Assembly (NCBI GenBank): GCA_964629395.1
Contig: CAZVTX010000013.1
Location: 1-24,000, forward strand
Source: an uncultured archaeon
GTDB taxonomy: Archaea > Asgardarchaeota > Lokiarchaeia > Sigyniarchaeales > SOKP01
Reading direction: 5' to 3'
DNA: 24,000 bases
Of this stretch, positions 6,310 through 14,871 are shown piece by piece. The translations under genes were made by a program, and so were the position numbers. Position 1 is the stretch's first letter, and each line of letters begins with the position of its first letter. A model generated the notes under the pieces. The model saw only the letters and a list, made by a program, of their open reading frames with translations, searched no databases and was not told the DNA's origin.

Positions 6310-7878
6310 TTATTGAATAATTTTATAAGATAATCCCAAAAACACGGGACCTCTAATATCTATTTTATTTTGTTTTGAATGAATATATTCCAAGATCATA
6401 TCATCAATTTCTAAATTAACTTCTGAAGCTCTATAACACATTTTAACCCGATAATCAAAACTTTCTTTATTTTGATCAAGCATAGTCTCTATACTATAAG
6501 CCATATAAGATGCAATACCCTCTAAATAAGTTTTTCCCGTATATATAGCACCTTCTGGGTTTTTATCTGGAGGTAAACCTAATATATTTCCATCTTTTAC
6601 CCAAATCTTATTTAATGCTGCGGGTCCTAAAAGTTTAACTCCCTTATCTTGTTCCCAGATAGTTACTTTAATTTTTTTATCTTTAATCGTTCCCTCCCAA
6701 ACTACAATTTCAATTGGCGATGGGTCGTCTTTATGCTCAATTGCTTTTTGTATTATCGCATCACGTATTTGTATTCCGCTTTCTGTAAGTGGTTCTTTTT
6801 TATATCTAATCCCTTTACTAATCTCTTCGTCAGAGAAGGAAATATCCTCGTAAAAATAAGGATAAACTAATTTTCGTATATCTTCTACTCCTGTTTTAAT
6901 CATACAGATCCGTTCCACTCCAAATCCAATATTAAATACAGGATATTCTATACCATATTGGGCTAAACTAACGGGACTATAAAAACCTCCATCCCCGATT
7001 TCAATCCATTCTTTAGTTTTAGGATGCTGAACGAAAATTTCAAATTCTGTTTGGGGGGCATAATATTTGGAGGTTGCTTTCTTAATTGTTGTCCTACTCT
7101 TTTCAAATCCGAGTTCTTTACATATTTGTTCTGCTATTCGACGACAATCTTCTAACGATATTTCTTCTGCCATAATTACTAATGATAATGTATTAGAATC
7201 ATAGAGATGTGTTGCATCTATTTTTTGCTCCCTTCTAAATTTTGTGCAAATAGAAAAATATTGTAATGGTAATTTCTTTTTTTTATATAATTTTTCAAGA
7301 ACTTTAAACCAAGCAGCAGTAGTATGACTCCTGAGCGTAGTTTTTGTTGGAATTGGTTTTAAATTTTTTAGCTCAGGAAAAACTTTATCAATAATTTCTG
7401 TTGCTTCACTTTCTTTAATATCCAATTCTTCAATAAAAACTTCTACTAAATCATCAGCTTCAATTTCTCCTTTTTTATAACGACGAAAGATATTTTTTAA
7501 GGCCTCAAATTTTTCAAATTTAGGTATAATTTCTTTTATTTTCTCAATTTTCTCATTTGAAATCCCGATGTCAGGTCTGGGCAATCCTGCAATATAAAAG
7601 AGGCGATCTAAAATTAATGCCGCTTCTGGTCCGTATTGCTTATAGATTTCATTTTCCTCAATGAATATAGGTAAAATTAATTCTTCAAAACCAAGTTTTA
7701 TCATTTTTAATCGAGCAGAACAGATAAAATCTTGCACGGGGTGTGATTTTCCTTTTTTTTGAAGTTCAAATAATTTTCCTTCAATCTTTAAAAGATCTCT
7801 TGTCTCTAACCAAGCTTTTTCATAATTTATTTTAGCATTTCCCTTAATTTTATCTACATCAAAAGGCATTTTAATCAT
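6310..7878 (-). CDS. sepS: O-phosphoserine--tRNA(Cys) ligase (SepRS)
   Basis: 522 aa. Long collinear matches to methanogen SepRS as I recall it: FRRYKKGEI..DDL, VFPELKNLKP, TLRSHTTAAWF, FRREQ..DATHL, SKYYAP.TE.E, WIEI...GFYSP..LA.Y.I.YPV.N.G.GVER, and VYP near the catalytic core end. Confidence 0.9.
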   Translation of the reverse strand: MIKMPFDVDKIKGNAKINYEKAWLETRDLLKIEGKLFELQKKGKSHPVQDFICSARLKMIKLGFEELILPIFIEENEIYKQYGPEAALILDRLFYIAGLPRPDIGISNEKIEKIKEIIPKFEKFEALKNIFRRYKKGEIEADDLVEVFIEELDIKESEATEIIDKVFPELKNLKPIPTKTTLRSHTTAAWFKVLEKLYKKKKLPLQYFSICTKFRREQKIDATHLYDSNTLSLVIMAEEISLEDCRRIAEQICKELGFEKSRTTIKKATSKYYAPQTEFEIFVQHPKTKEWIEIGDGGFYSPVSLAQYGIEYPVFNIGFGVERICMIKTGVEDIRKLVYPYFYEDISFSDEEISKGIRYKKEPLTESGIQIRDAIIQKAIEHKDDPSPIEIVVWEGTIKDKKIKVTIWEQDKGVKLLGPAALNKIWVKDGNILGLPPDKNPEGAIYTGKTYLEGIASYMAYSIETMLDQNKESFDYRVKMCYRASEVNLEIDDMILEYIHSKQNKIDIRGPVFLGLSYKIIQ

Positions 7879-8483
7879 TATTTTTTTAATGTATTTTTTA
7901 ATCTATTCATTTGAAGGGATAATGATATATCGCCTCGTGTTCTTTCTATTAAATTTCTGGCGATATCCGTCTTATGTCTGAGGTCTTGAACTAAGCCTTT
8001 AGGATAATCCAATGAAAATAAATATGTGTATAATTCTTCCATTTTTTCGAGAATATAATCTAATTTATCAAAGTTTTCAGCTCTTATTTGATCTAATGCA
8101 TATCTACGTAGTTCACCTATTACATCAGCTATTCCTAAAAGATAGTTTATAGATATAACATTATAATCAGCGGGCTTAGGGAAATCTTTATTTTCAATTA
8201 TTGCGTATAAGCAAACAGCTTCAATATATTCTTGTTCTGGTGTTTTTAAATATTTTTCAAATATGAAGGGATTTTTATTTACCAAATCTCTTAATAATTC
8301 ATGATCTTTCTCAATACTTTCAATCTTTTCTTTATAGAGCGAATAATCTTTTCTATGAATTGCTTTAATAGCAATCCCGCAATTTCTTATCATTTGTCGT
8401 GAAATCTTTAATATTTCTTCCCGATCTTGATCTAAATTGTCTAATTCTTTGGTAATTTCCGAAAAAATCTTTTTTAATTGCAT
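7878..8483 (-). CDS. translin/TRAX (C3PO-like) family protein
   Basis: 201 aa, all-helical. Family pattern REEILKISRQMIR...AIKAIHRKD, then QEYIEAV, then YLLGIADVIGELRRYAL, then LRHKTD. The acidic positions of the TRAX-type nuclease motif appear present. Its stop overlaps the sepS start (TAATG). Confidence 0.75.
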   Translation of the reverse strand: MQLKKIFSEITKELDNLDQDREEILKISRQMIRNCGIAIKAIHRKDYSLYKEKIESIEKDHELLRDLVNKNPFIFEKYLKTPEQEYIEAVCLYAIIENKDFPKPADYNVISINYLLGIADVIGELRRYALDQIRAENFDKLDYILEKMEELYTYLFSLDYPKGLVQDLRHKTDIARNLIERTRGDISLSLQMNRLKNTLKK

Positions 8484-8573
8484 AATTATAGAAATTTAGA
8501 AAAAAATTTATTCTAATTTTAATAATTGAAAGTAATGATTTTATTAGAATTTTTTTAAAAACGAGTGATTTTT

Positions 8574-10646
8574 ATGAAGATCTTATTAATTCATAGCCAA
8601 GATGTGGAAGTTGTTAAAAATAAAGAAGCAACATCGAATCCTCAAGAATTTCCTGAAAAGCAAATCAAAATGGAAGGTTTAATTCTGGTAGCATTTGTAT
8701 CTGTAGAAGATCAAGATACTTATGACACCGATATAATCGCAAATCAAGGAGCTCAGGTCATTGAAGAAGCTATAGAATTAATTACCGGATTTCCGGAAAA
8801 AATAAGACAGAAAAATGAAGAAATTAGGGAATATAATAAAAAATTAGAGGAAGGAAAAATTAAAGGTAAACCCAGAGAATATGTAGAATTGATTTGCAAT
8901 CGTGATAAGTATAGGGTTGATAAAGTTTTAGTTTATCCATGGGCTCATTTAAGTAAGTTTTTAAGTCAAGAACCAAATGCTATGGAAGTATGTCCTAAAA
9001 TCGCGAAAATATTAAATGAAAAAGGAATTGAAGCTAAATTTTCTCCTTTCGGGTGGTATAAATCCTTTAAAATAAACTGTTTAGGGCATGAAGTAGCTGA
9101 AATGTATCGAGATGTAAAGTTATATATTCAACCCGAAGAGCATATTGAAACTGCAGAATTTTTTGTTGTTTTACCTGATGGAAAAGAAATCAAAATAGAT
9201 AAGTCCAAAATCGACCAGCTTAATAAAATCGAGGGAATAGATGATAAAAATGTCTTAAATTTTATAAAATCGGAATTAGGTTCAAGAAGAGTTGATAAGG
9301 GTTTTGAACCTCCGCATATTAAATTTATGAAAGAGCGAGAACTTGTAGACTTTGACCCCAATACCGATCCTGGAAATTTACGATGGTATACTAACGGGGT
9401 AATCATGAAAAATCTTATAAAAAGATATTTAGAGGATAAAATAATCGATTTTGGTGCTATTCTTGTTGATACTCCAATTATGTATACCGTTAAAAACAAA
9501 AAATTAACTGCTCAAACAGCCAGATTTCCGGCAAGGACATATTGGGTTGAATCGGGGAAGGATAGATATTTACTTCGGTTTGCGGGTGATTTTTTACAAT
9601 TTGATATGTTCAGCAAAATGAATTTACGTCCGCATTATTTTCCGTTAAGATTATATGAGTGGGAGCAATATGATTTTAGAAGAGAACAAGAGGGTGAACT
9701 TACCGGACTTAGAAGGTTAAGAGGTTTTGTAATGCCTGATTTTCATACACTTTGTAAAGATTTAGATTCTTCAATCGAAGAATTCAAAAGGCAATATGAA
9801 TTAGACAAAATGGTTCTTGAAGGTCTTGGAATCAAATCATATATTATTTTCAGAACAACTAAGGATTTTTATGAACAAAATAAAGATTGGATAAAGGAAC
9901 TAATAAAAGAAGAAAATCAACCTGCATTATTGGAATTATGGGAAGATAGATATTATTATTTTATATTGAAATTTGAAAGAGGGTGCCTTTCCGCTCAAAA
10001 TAAAAGTGGAACATTATCAACGATACAGATTGATGTTGAAAGTTCTCTTGAATATATGGTTGATAAAAATGGTAAAAAAAGACAGAAGTATAATATATAT
10101 TATAAGGATGAAAATGGAGAAATTAAACATCCGATAATTTTACATAATTCTCCTTCAGGAGGTCTTGAAAGAATATTATGGGGTCTTATTGAGACAGCAA
10201 TTAGAGAAAAAGAAGAATATGTTCCGGGTTTTAAAACATGGTTATCACCTGTTCAAGTGAGAATAGTACCTATTGGTCAAGAACAGATGGAGAGGGCAGA
10301 AGAACTTTTGGAGCTTATAAATAATAAGGGATATAGAGTGGATCTTGACGATAGAAATGAAAAAATTGGGAAAAAGATAAGGCAAGCTGAGATAGAATGG
10401 ATACCATATACAATTATTCTTGGAAAAAAGGAAATTGAAAATAATACAATTAGTATTAGAAAGAGATTAATTGGTGAAAAGATAAAAATAAATAGTAAAG
10501 GACAAAAAATTACTGCTGAGCAATATAATAATGTGAAATTGGAAAAACTTTTTGAATTGCTTGAAGCCGATACTGAGGGATTTCCAAAATATAAGCTTCC
10601 GATACCATTTAGAAAATTTTCAACTAAAATTTACTTCAGACAATAA
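8574..10646 (+). CDS. thrS: threonine--tRNA ligase, archaeal type with N-terminal editing domain
   Basis: The N-terminus MKILLIHSQDVE... resembles the archaeal ThrRS editing domain. Class II motif 2 is present (FRREQEGELTGLRRLRGFVMPDFH), and the C-terminal anticodon-binding domain is present (VQVRIVPIG...). The ORF track opens at GTG 8565. I prefer ATG 8574 because homolog N-termini start MK/R-x-LLIH. Confidence 0.95.
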   Translation: MKILLIHSQDVEVVKNKEATSNPQEFPEKQIKMEGLILVAFVSVEDQDTYDTDIIANQGAQVIEEAIELITGFPEKIRQKNEEIREYNKKLEEGKIKGKPREYVELICNRDKYRVDKVLVYPWAHLSKFLSQEPNAMEVCPKIAKILNEKGIEAKFSPFGWYKSFKINCLGHEVAEMYRDVKLYIQPEEHIETAEFFVVLPDGKEIKIDKSKIDQLNKIEGIDDKNVLNFIKSELGSRRVDKGFEPPHIKFMKERELVDFDPNTDPGNLRWYTNGVIMKNLIKRYLEDKIIDFGAILVDTPIMYTVKNKKLTAQTARFPARTYWVESGKDRYLLRFAGDFLQFDMFSKMNLRPHYFPLRLYEWEQYDFRREQEGELTGLRRLRGFVMPDFHTLCKDLDSSIEEFKRQYELDKMVLEGLGIKSYIIFRTTKDFYEQNKDWIKELIKEENQPALLELWEDRYYYFILKFERGCLSAQNKSGTLSTIQIDVESSLEYMVDKNGKKRQKYNIYYKDENGEIKHPIILHNSPSGGLERILWGLIETAIREKEEYVPGFKTWLSPVQVRIVPIGQEQMERAEELLELINNKGYRVDLDDRNEKIGKKIRQAEIEWIPYTIILGKKEIENNTISIRKRLIGEKIKINSKGQKITAEQYNNVKLEKLFELLEADTEGFPKYKLPIPFRKFSTKIYFRQ

Positions 10647-10661
10647 TTTATTTCTAATATT

Positions 10662-11285
10662 ATGAATTTTAAAGCAATAATTTTTGATTTAGGCGGTGTA
10701 ATCATCGAATTTGATTATACTAGATTTTTTAATGATGTCATTTTATTGTCTCCACTTCATAAGCCAAATTCTTTATTACTTTTAGAATTTTGGAGACAAT
10801 CCGATTTGTATCATCAAGGTAAAATAAGTAATGAAGAATTTTATCATCAAACCTGCGAACTTTTACAAATATGTGCTTTAACTCAAGAAGAATTTTTCGA
10901 TTCATTTAATTCTGTTTTAGCCAAAAGAAATGAGGAAGTCATTGAGATAATAAGAAAAATCAGATATATGAATAAATATAAACTTATTCTTTTATCTAAT
11001 ATTAACGCAAGTCATTGGGAATATCTTCTTAATGAAAAATGGGGTTTTATTGAATATTTTGATGAATTTATATTATCACATGAAGTAAAAATGTCAAAAC
11101 CTGACCCCCGAATATTTGAATTGGCAATTAAAAAAGCGGGTTGTAAACCTCAAGAAATTGTTTATATTGACGATGGATTAAATAATATTAAAACAGCTGA
11201 AGAGATGGGGATAGTTGGAATAAAATATAATAATCCAAAGGAATTAGAAGCAGAATTTCGCAGATTAAAAATCTTATTACATTAA
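10662..11285 (+). CDS. HAD-superfamily hydrolase (subfamily IA, YihX-like phosphatase)
   Basis: Motif I IIFDLGGVI, motif II LLSN, and motif III/IV K...YIDDG. It starts 15 nt after the thrS stop. Confidence 0.8.
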   Translation: MNFKAIIFDLGGVIIEFDYTRFFNDVILLSPLHKPNSLLLLEFWRQSDLYHQGKISNEEFYHQTCELLQICALTQEEFFDSFNSVLAKRNEEVIEIIRKIRYMNKYKLILLSNINASHWEYLLNEKWGFIEYFDEFILSHEVKMSKPDPRIFELAIKKAGCKPQEIVYIDDGLNNIKTAEEMGIVGIKYNNPKELEAEFRRLKILLH

Positions 11286-11356
11286 ATATGTAAAAGAGAT
11301 TTTTTAAAATACTATAAAAATATATAAAATAATTGTAAGGAAAATAAAAATAATTA

Positions 11357-11958
11357 TTATTCTTCTTTTATATTCTCAAGACAAGCACGGGCGATCTTTT
11401 CAAATGCAAGTTCCACATTTTCTCCTGTTTTAGCAGAGGTTTCTAAATATTCGCAATTTAATCTTTTAGCTAAATCTTCTGCTTCTGCTCTATCTACTTC
11501 ACGATCTAAATCTATTTTATTTCCTATTAAAATCATCGGAATGTTTTTCTTTACGGTCTTTTTAATAGAACTTACCCAACCGGGGATTTTTAGTAGCGTC
11601 TGAGGAGAGTCAACGGCATATACTCCTATTGCCCCATTTGAGCCTTTGAAATATACCGTGCGCAATTTATAGAACTGGGAAAAGACAGAGTCCGGCACTT
11701 GCCGGTTCTCTATTGTCCCCCAATATCCCATAATAATAAGCGCACTTTTTTTCCGTCTATCTCCAGATCTTTAATTAAAAAATTTGAACCTATGGTTTTT
11801 TTAAGATCTTCGCTAAAATAATCTTTTCCACTCAAGTAAAGAACCTTTACTTAATTTATGTACCTTAATAATAGCGAAGTCTTTCCAACACCACCCGGTC
11901 CGAAAAGTGTTATCTTAAATTTATATTCATTTTCGGAAATTCTAATAACCTCTTTCAA
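11357..11958 (-). pseudogene. Ras-superfamily (Rab/Ras-like) small GTPase interrupted by an in-frame TAA and a frameshift
   Basis: G1 is GPGGVGKTS, encoded around 11885-11911. An in-frame TAA sits at 11851-11853. The G2 Thr is in KKTIG and G3 is WDIGGQ, ending at TAG 11710-11712. The remainder lies in the -1 frame (ORF 11357..11731) with G4 GNKIDL and G5 ETSAK. The only in-frame start upstream is TTG at 11956-11958. Confidence 0.75.
11692..11705. repeat. GC-rich perfect palindrome CCGGCA-CT-TGCCGG (a 5-bp G/C stem with a 4-nt loop as RNA)
   Basis: Read directly from the sequence. It lies inside the GTPase, 10 nt downstream (coding sense) of the G5 run where the reading frame breaks. It is unusual against the roughly 28% GC background. 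Confidence 0.9.
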
Positions 11959-12108
11959 GTGTTTTTATTATAATTATTTATTGTTTTTATTTATAATTAA
12001 ATTTTTAATTATTTATAATATTAAAATTTGAAGTATTCAAAAATTTTTATCATCTTTCTAATTTATTTTATAAGAAGGAAAGAAGAAAAAATCCAATAAA
12101 TAAATTTA

Positions 12109-13443
12109 TTAATTTGATTCTTTATTATTATTTTCCTTCTTTTTAATTTTCTTAAGCTCTTTTTTAATAATTTCTTCTGTTTTTTTAATTTCTTCTTTAA
12201 CTTTTTCACCCGTCTTTTGCCCGATTCGTCCTACTTGGATCATAATATATTCAGGAGATCCTTTTCCTTCAAAATACTCAAACCAAATATATATGAAGAA
12301 TCCCATAAACGCTAAAAATGCAATTTCAATAAAAGGAAAGAATACAATGTTATATTGGTTAACATATAACGTAAGAAAGATATAATGTATTAAAAATAGA
12401 CTTAGCGAAACTTTACCGTAATATACCAGCATACTATAGAAATTATTCCATTTCTTTTTTATATCCAATATATGAAAGAATATTGCTATGATTATCAATG
12501 CCGCACCTAAATTATAGAATTGATTGCTAATTGTTCCTCTAATGAGAAACTCGGGCATACCTGCAAATTTATAATAATTCTGTTGATTCATAATATAATA
12601 TAAATATAAGTGAGGATATTCTTCTAAAGGCATAGTTTCTGGTGTTTGCAACTTGGAGCCAATAAAAATTCCTAATAAAACCATGAAAATACCGTAAAAT
12701 AAGAATCTTCTACATAAATATACATACTCCTCTTTTGATCCTACTTCCATAGCAGTATATAACCATTCTCCAAAAATAGTAGAAATAAAAATAATACCAA
12801 TCCAAGGTACGAGAGTAACATGAGGTGCCGGTGATGTTATTATGAAATGAAAAATCCACACAATAATGTTTGAATCTTTATTTAAATATAATACCTCTCT
12901 CAATGAAGGAGCTGTGGCGATTATTACTAATCCGATAAAAATTCTTTCAGGTTGACGAAGTTTAAGTGCATAAAAAGCACATATCTGAGAGAATCCTATA
13001 AACATTAATATATTCCATCCCCATAAATTTAAAGGGAAGGGAACATTCGGCAGAGAAATCACGTTATATAAAACACCTAAAAGCATGATCATTAATCCTC
13101 GTGAAAAAATACGGGCTCTGATAACTTTATCAGGTAAGACTCCTTGCTTCCGTTTAATACTGAAAATCACACTTAAAGCAGATAAAAAAATAAATAAAGA
13201 AGGCCCTAAAATATCTAAAACTGCAAAAATCATTCCAAATATATAGATCCAGTCTTGATCTAACCATGCACCTGCAGTATGAGCAAGCATTATAAAAATA
13301 ATAGCGAAACCTTTTACAGCATCTATGCTTACAATCCTTTTAGGCGATGCATAATCCCTAATATCTTCAATAGGAATATGCTGCTTCAAATAATTAAATA
13401 AAGGAATAGATTCCGTATCTTTTTCTTCTTCTATAGACGTCAT
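12109..13443 (-). CDS. polytopic membrane protein, DUF1624 / acyltransferase-3 (HGSNAT-like) family, with a Lys/Glu-rich C-terminal tail
   Basis: 444 aa. The N-terminal signature RIVSIDAVKGFAIIFIMLAHTAG is typical of the R-x-x-S-[IL]-D-x-x-[RK]-G...M...H start of this family. It has about 10-11 TM helices. Confidence 0.6.
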   Translation of the reverse strand: MTSIEEEKDTESIPLFNYLKQHIPIEDIRDYASPKRIVSIDAVKGFAIIFIMLAHTAGAWLDQDWIYIFGMIFAVLDILGPSLFIFLSALSVIFSIKRKQGVLPDKVIRARIFSRGLMIMLLGVLYNVISLPNVPFPLNLWGWNILMFIGFSQICAFYALKLRQPERIFIGLVIIATAPSLREVLYLNKDSNIIVWIFHFIITSPAPHVTLVPWIGIIFISTIFGEWLYTAMEVGSKEEYVYLCRRFLFYGIFMVLLGIFIGSKLQTPETMPLEEYPHLYLYYIMNQQNYYKFAGMPEFLIRGTISNQFYNLGAALIIIAIFFHILDIKKKWNNFYSMLVYYGKVSLSLFLIHYIFLTLYVNQYNIVFFPFIEIAFLAFMGFFIYIWFEYFEGKGSPEYIMIQVGRIGQKTGEKVKEEIKKTEEIIKKELKKIKKKENNNKESN

Positions 13444-13554
13444 TCTTAAATATTTATTAAGTTAAACTTCTTTAAAAATCTAAGATAAAATTAAAAAATT
13501 TGAATTAAATTTATCATTTAATTTAGTTAAATTACAAAATTTTTTAGATTTGAA

Positions 13555-13959
13555 ATGACATTAAGAAAATATTTGGATTATCGACTTTTTGGCCTAATTG
13601 GAGCAATTTTAATGATTATTTCAGAATTTTTACCTTGGATTTCTGAATTAACATTATTTCAGATTTATATTATTATGACTTTTGCCTCATTGGAAAACTC
13701 ATTATTATATTTATTTCCTGTAATTTGCGGAATAATTTGTTTATTTGCTACGGGTTTAATACTTTATGATGAAGATTATAAAATAAACGCAATTATAATC
13801 TATTTTATTGGTTTAGGTTTTATGTTAATCTTTTTATTTAATCTTATCCCCACTGAACTAGATTACTTAGCTAATGCAAATATTGGCTTCTACATATGTA
13901 TTACTGGATTTTTATTCGTTATAATAAATAATATTAATATTTTAATGACAAAAACATAA
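13555..13959 (+). CDS. small membrane protein (4 TM), unknown function
   Basis: 134-aa hydrophobic ORF, 30 nt upstream of the ArsR-membrane gene on the same strand. Confidence 0.55.
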   Translation: MTLRKYLDYRLFGLIGAILMIISEFLPWISELTLFQIYIIMTFASLENSLLYLFPVICGIICLFATGLILYDEDYKINAIIIYFIGLGFMLIFLFNLIPTELDYLANANIGFYICITGFLFVIINNINILMTKT

Positions 13960-13989
13960 TGGTGGTACGAAAAAATTAACGAGAATAAT

Positions 13990-14871
13990 ATGAAAAATCA
14001 TAAAAAAAATAAAAAATCGAATTTGGAGGCAAATTTTTATTATGCACTTAGTCATGAAATTAGAAGAAGAATTATTAAAATTATAGGGGATAATGGTTAT
14101 ACCTCTTTTACACAATTAAAAAAGGATTTAGGTGTAAGCACAGGTACTATTTATCATCATTTAAATAATCTTTCTCAACTTGTTGAGAAGAGGAAAAATA
14201 AAAAATATTATCTTACCGAATTAGGTGAGCATGCCTATAATTCTCTGAAAGAAAATATTGAATCAATTGAAGCACCTACTTTAGAAAATAAAGAATTTAA
14301 CTCACCTTTATTAAAAATTTTGATGGGATTAACTCCAAAATCCTATTTTGGTTATAATGATGATGTGCAGATATATGTTCTCATACTTTCTTTAATTGTA
14401 ATTTTTATCGGTGCGATTCTATCCGGTTTAAACGGTTATATTTCAATATTCCTTTTCTTTACAAGCGCTACGGAAGATCTTTATTCCTTGCCAATTGAGA
14501 TTCATATTATTTTATCAATTGGTTTTATTATTAATGTATTTATTTTTTATTTTATAGTAGATGCTTTTAGTAGAATCTTTTACCGAAAATCTGAAAAATC
14601 CAAAAAATTCCTAATATCTTTCGGAATTATTTATTTTCCTATGGTGTTCTATTTATTTTTTCATTTTTTAATAATTTCTTTTAATTTTATAGATGTATTT
14701 CCTCTTTTTATAATTGACAAAATTATAATGATTTTATGTCAGGTTTGGTCTTTATGGTTATTAACATATAATTTAAGTGTGTCAAAAAATCTTAAAATGG
14801 AAAATTGTCTCATAATTACATTACTTCTGCATTATGGAAGCTTTACAGCAGTCCTATTTCTGGCTATTTAG
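13990..14871 (+). CDS. ArsR-family wHTH regulator fused to a C-terminal multi-TM domain
   Basis: Residues about 15-85 (YYALSHEIRRRIIKIIGDNGYTSFTQLKKDLGVSTGTIYHHLNNLSQLVEKRKNKKYYLTELG) fit the ArsR/SmtB HTH pattern. Residues about 125-293 form about 5 TM helices. Confidence 0.7.
   Translation: MKNHKKNKKSNLEANFYYALSHEIRRRIIKIIGDNGYTSFTQLKKDLGVSTGTIYHHLNNLSQLVEKRKNKKYYLTELGEHAYNSLKENIESIEAPTLENKEFNSPLLKILMGLTPKSYFGYNDDVQIYVLILSLIVIFIGAILSGLNGYISIFLFFTSATEDLYSLPIEIHIILSIGFIINVFIFYFIVDAFSRIFYRKSEKSKKFLISFGIIYFPMVFYLFFHFLIISFNFIDVFPLFIIDKIIMILCQVWSLWLLTYNLSVSKNLKMENCLIITLLLHYGSFTAVLFLAI

Noticed and set aside
8484-8573. Calling TATA boxes and BRE elements for individual genes, for example TTTTTTTAAAAA at 8549-8560 upstream of thrS.
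   Set aside because: Intergenic DNA here is more than 80% A/T, so TATA-like octamers occur every few nucleotides. Without transcription start data any single call would be arbitrary.
11685-11735. Whether the 23-nt extra segment in the GTPase is an archaeal bulge-helix-bulge (BHB) mini-intron.
   Set aside because: Folding by hand gives GAC/GUC, then a 3-nt bulge (AAU) on the 5' strand, then AGAG/CUCU (4 bp), then an AA/A internal loop, then the CCGGC/GCCGG hairpin. The single 3-nt bulge lies 5' of its helix strand and there is no second 3-nt bulge on the opposite strand. So the canonical BHB geometry, in which each bulge is 3' of the 4-bp helix strand, is not met.
11710-11853. Stop-codon reassignment (TAA or TAG read as sense, for example via pyrrolysine) to explain the in-frame stops in the GTPase.
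   Set aside because: All other genes end at TAA or TAG at lengths matching their families (sepS, thrS, prs, ribL and others). The GTPase also needs a frame change, which recoding of stops cannot fix.
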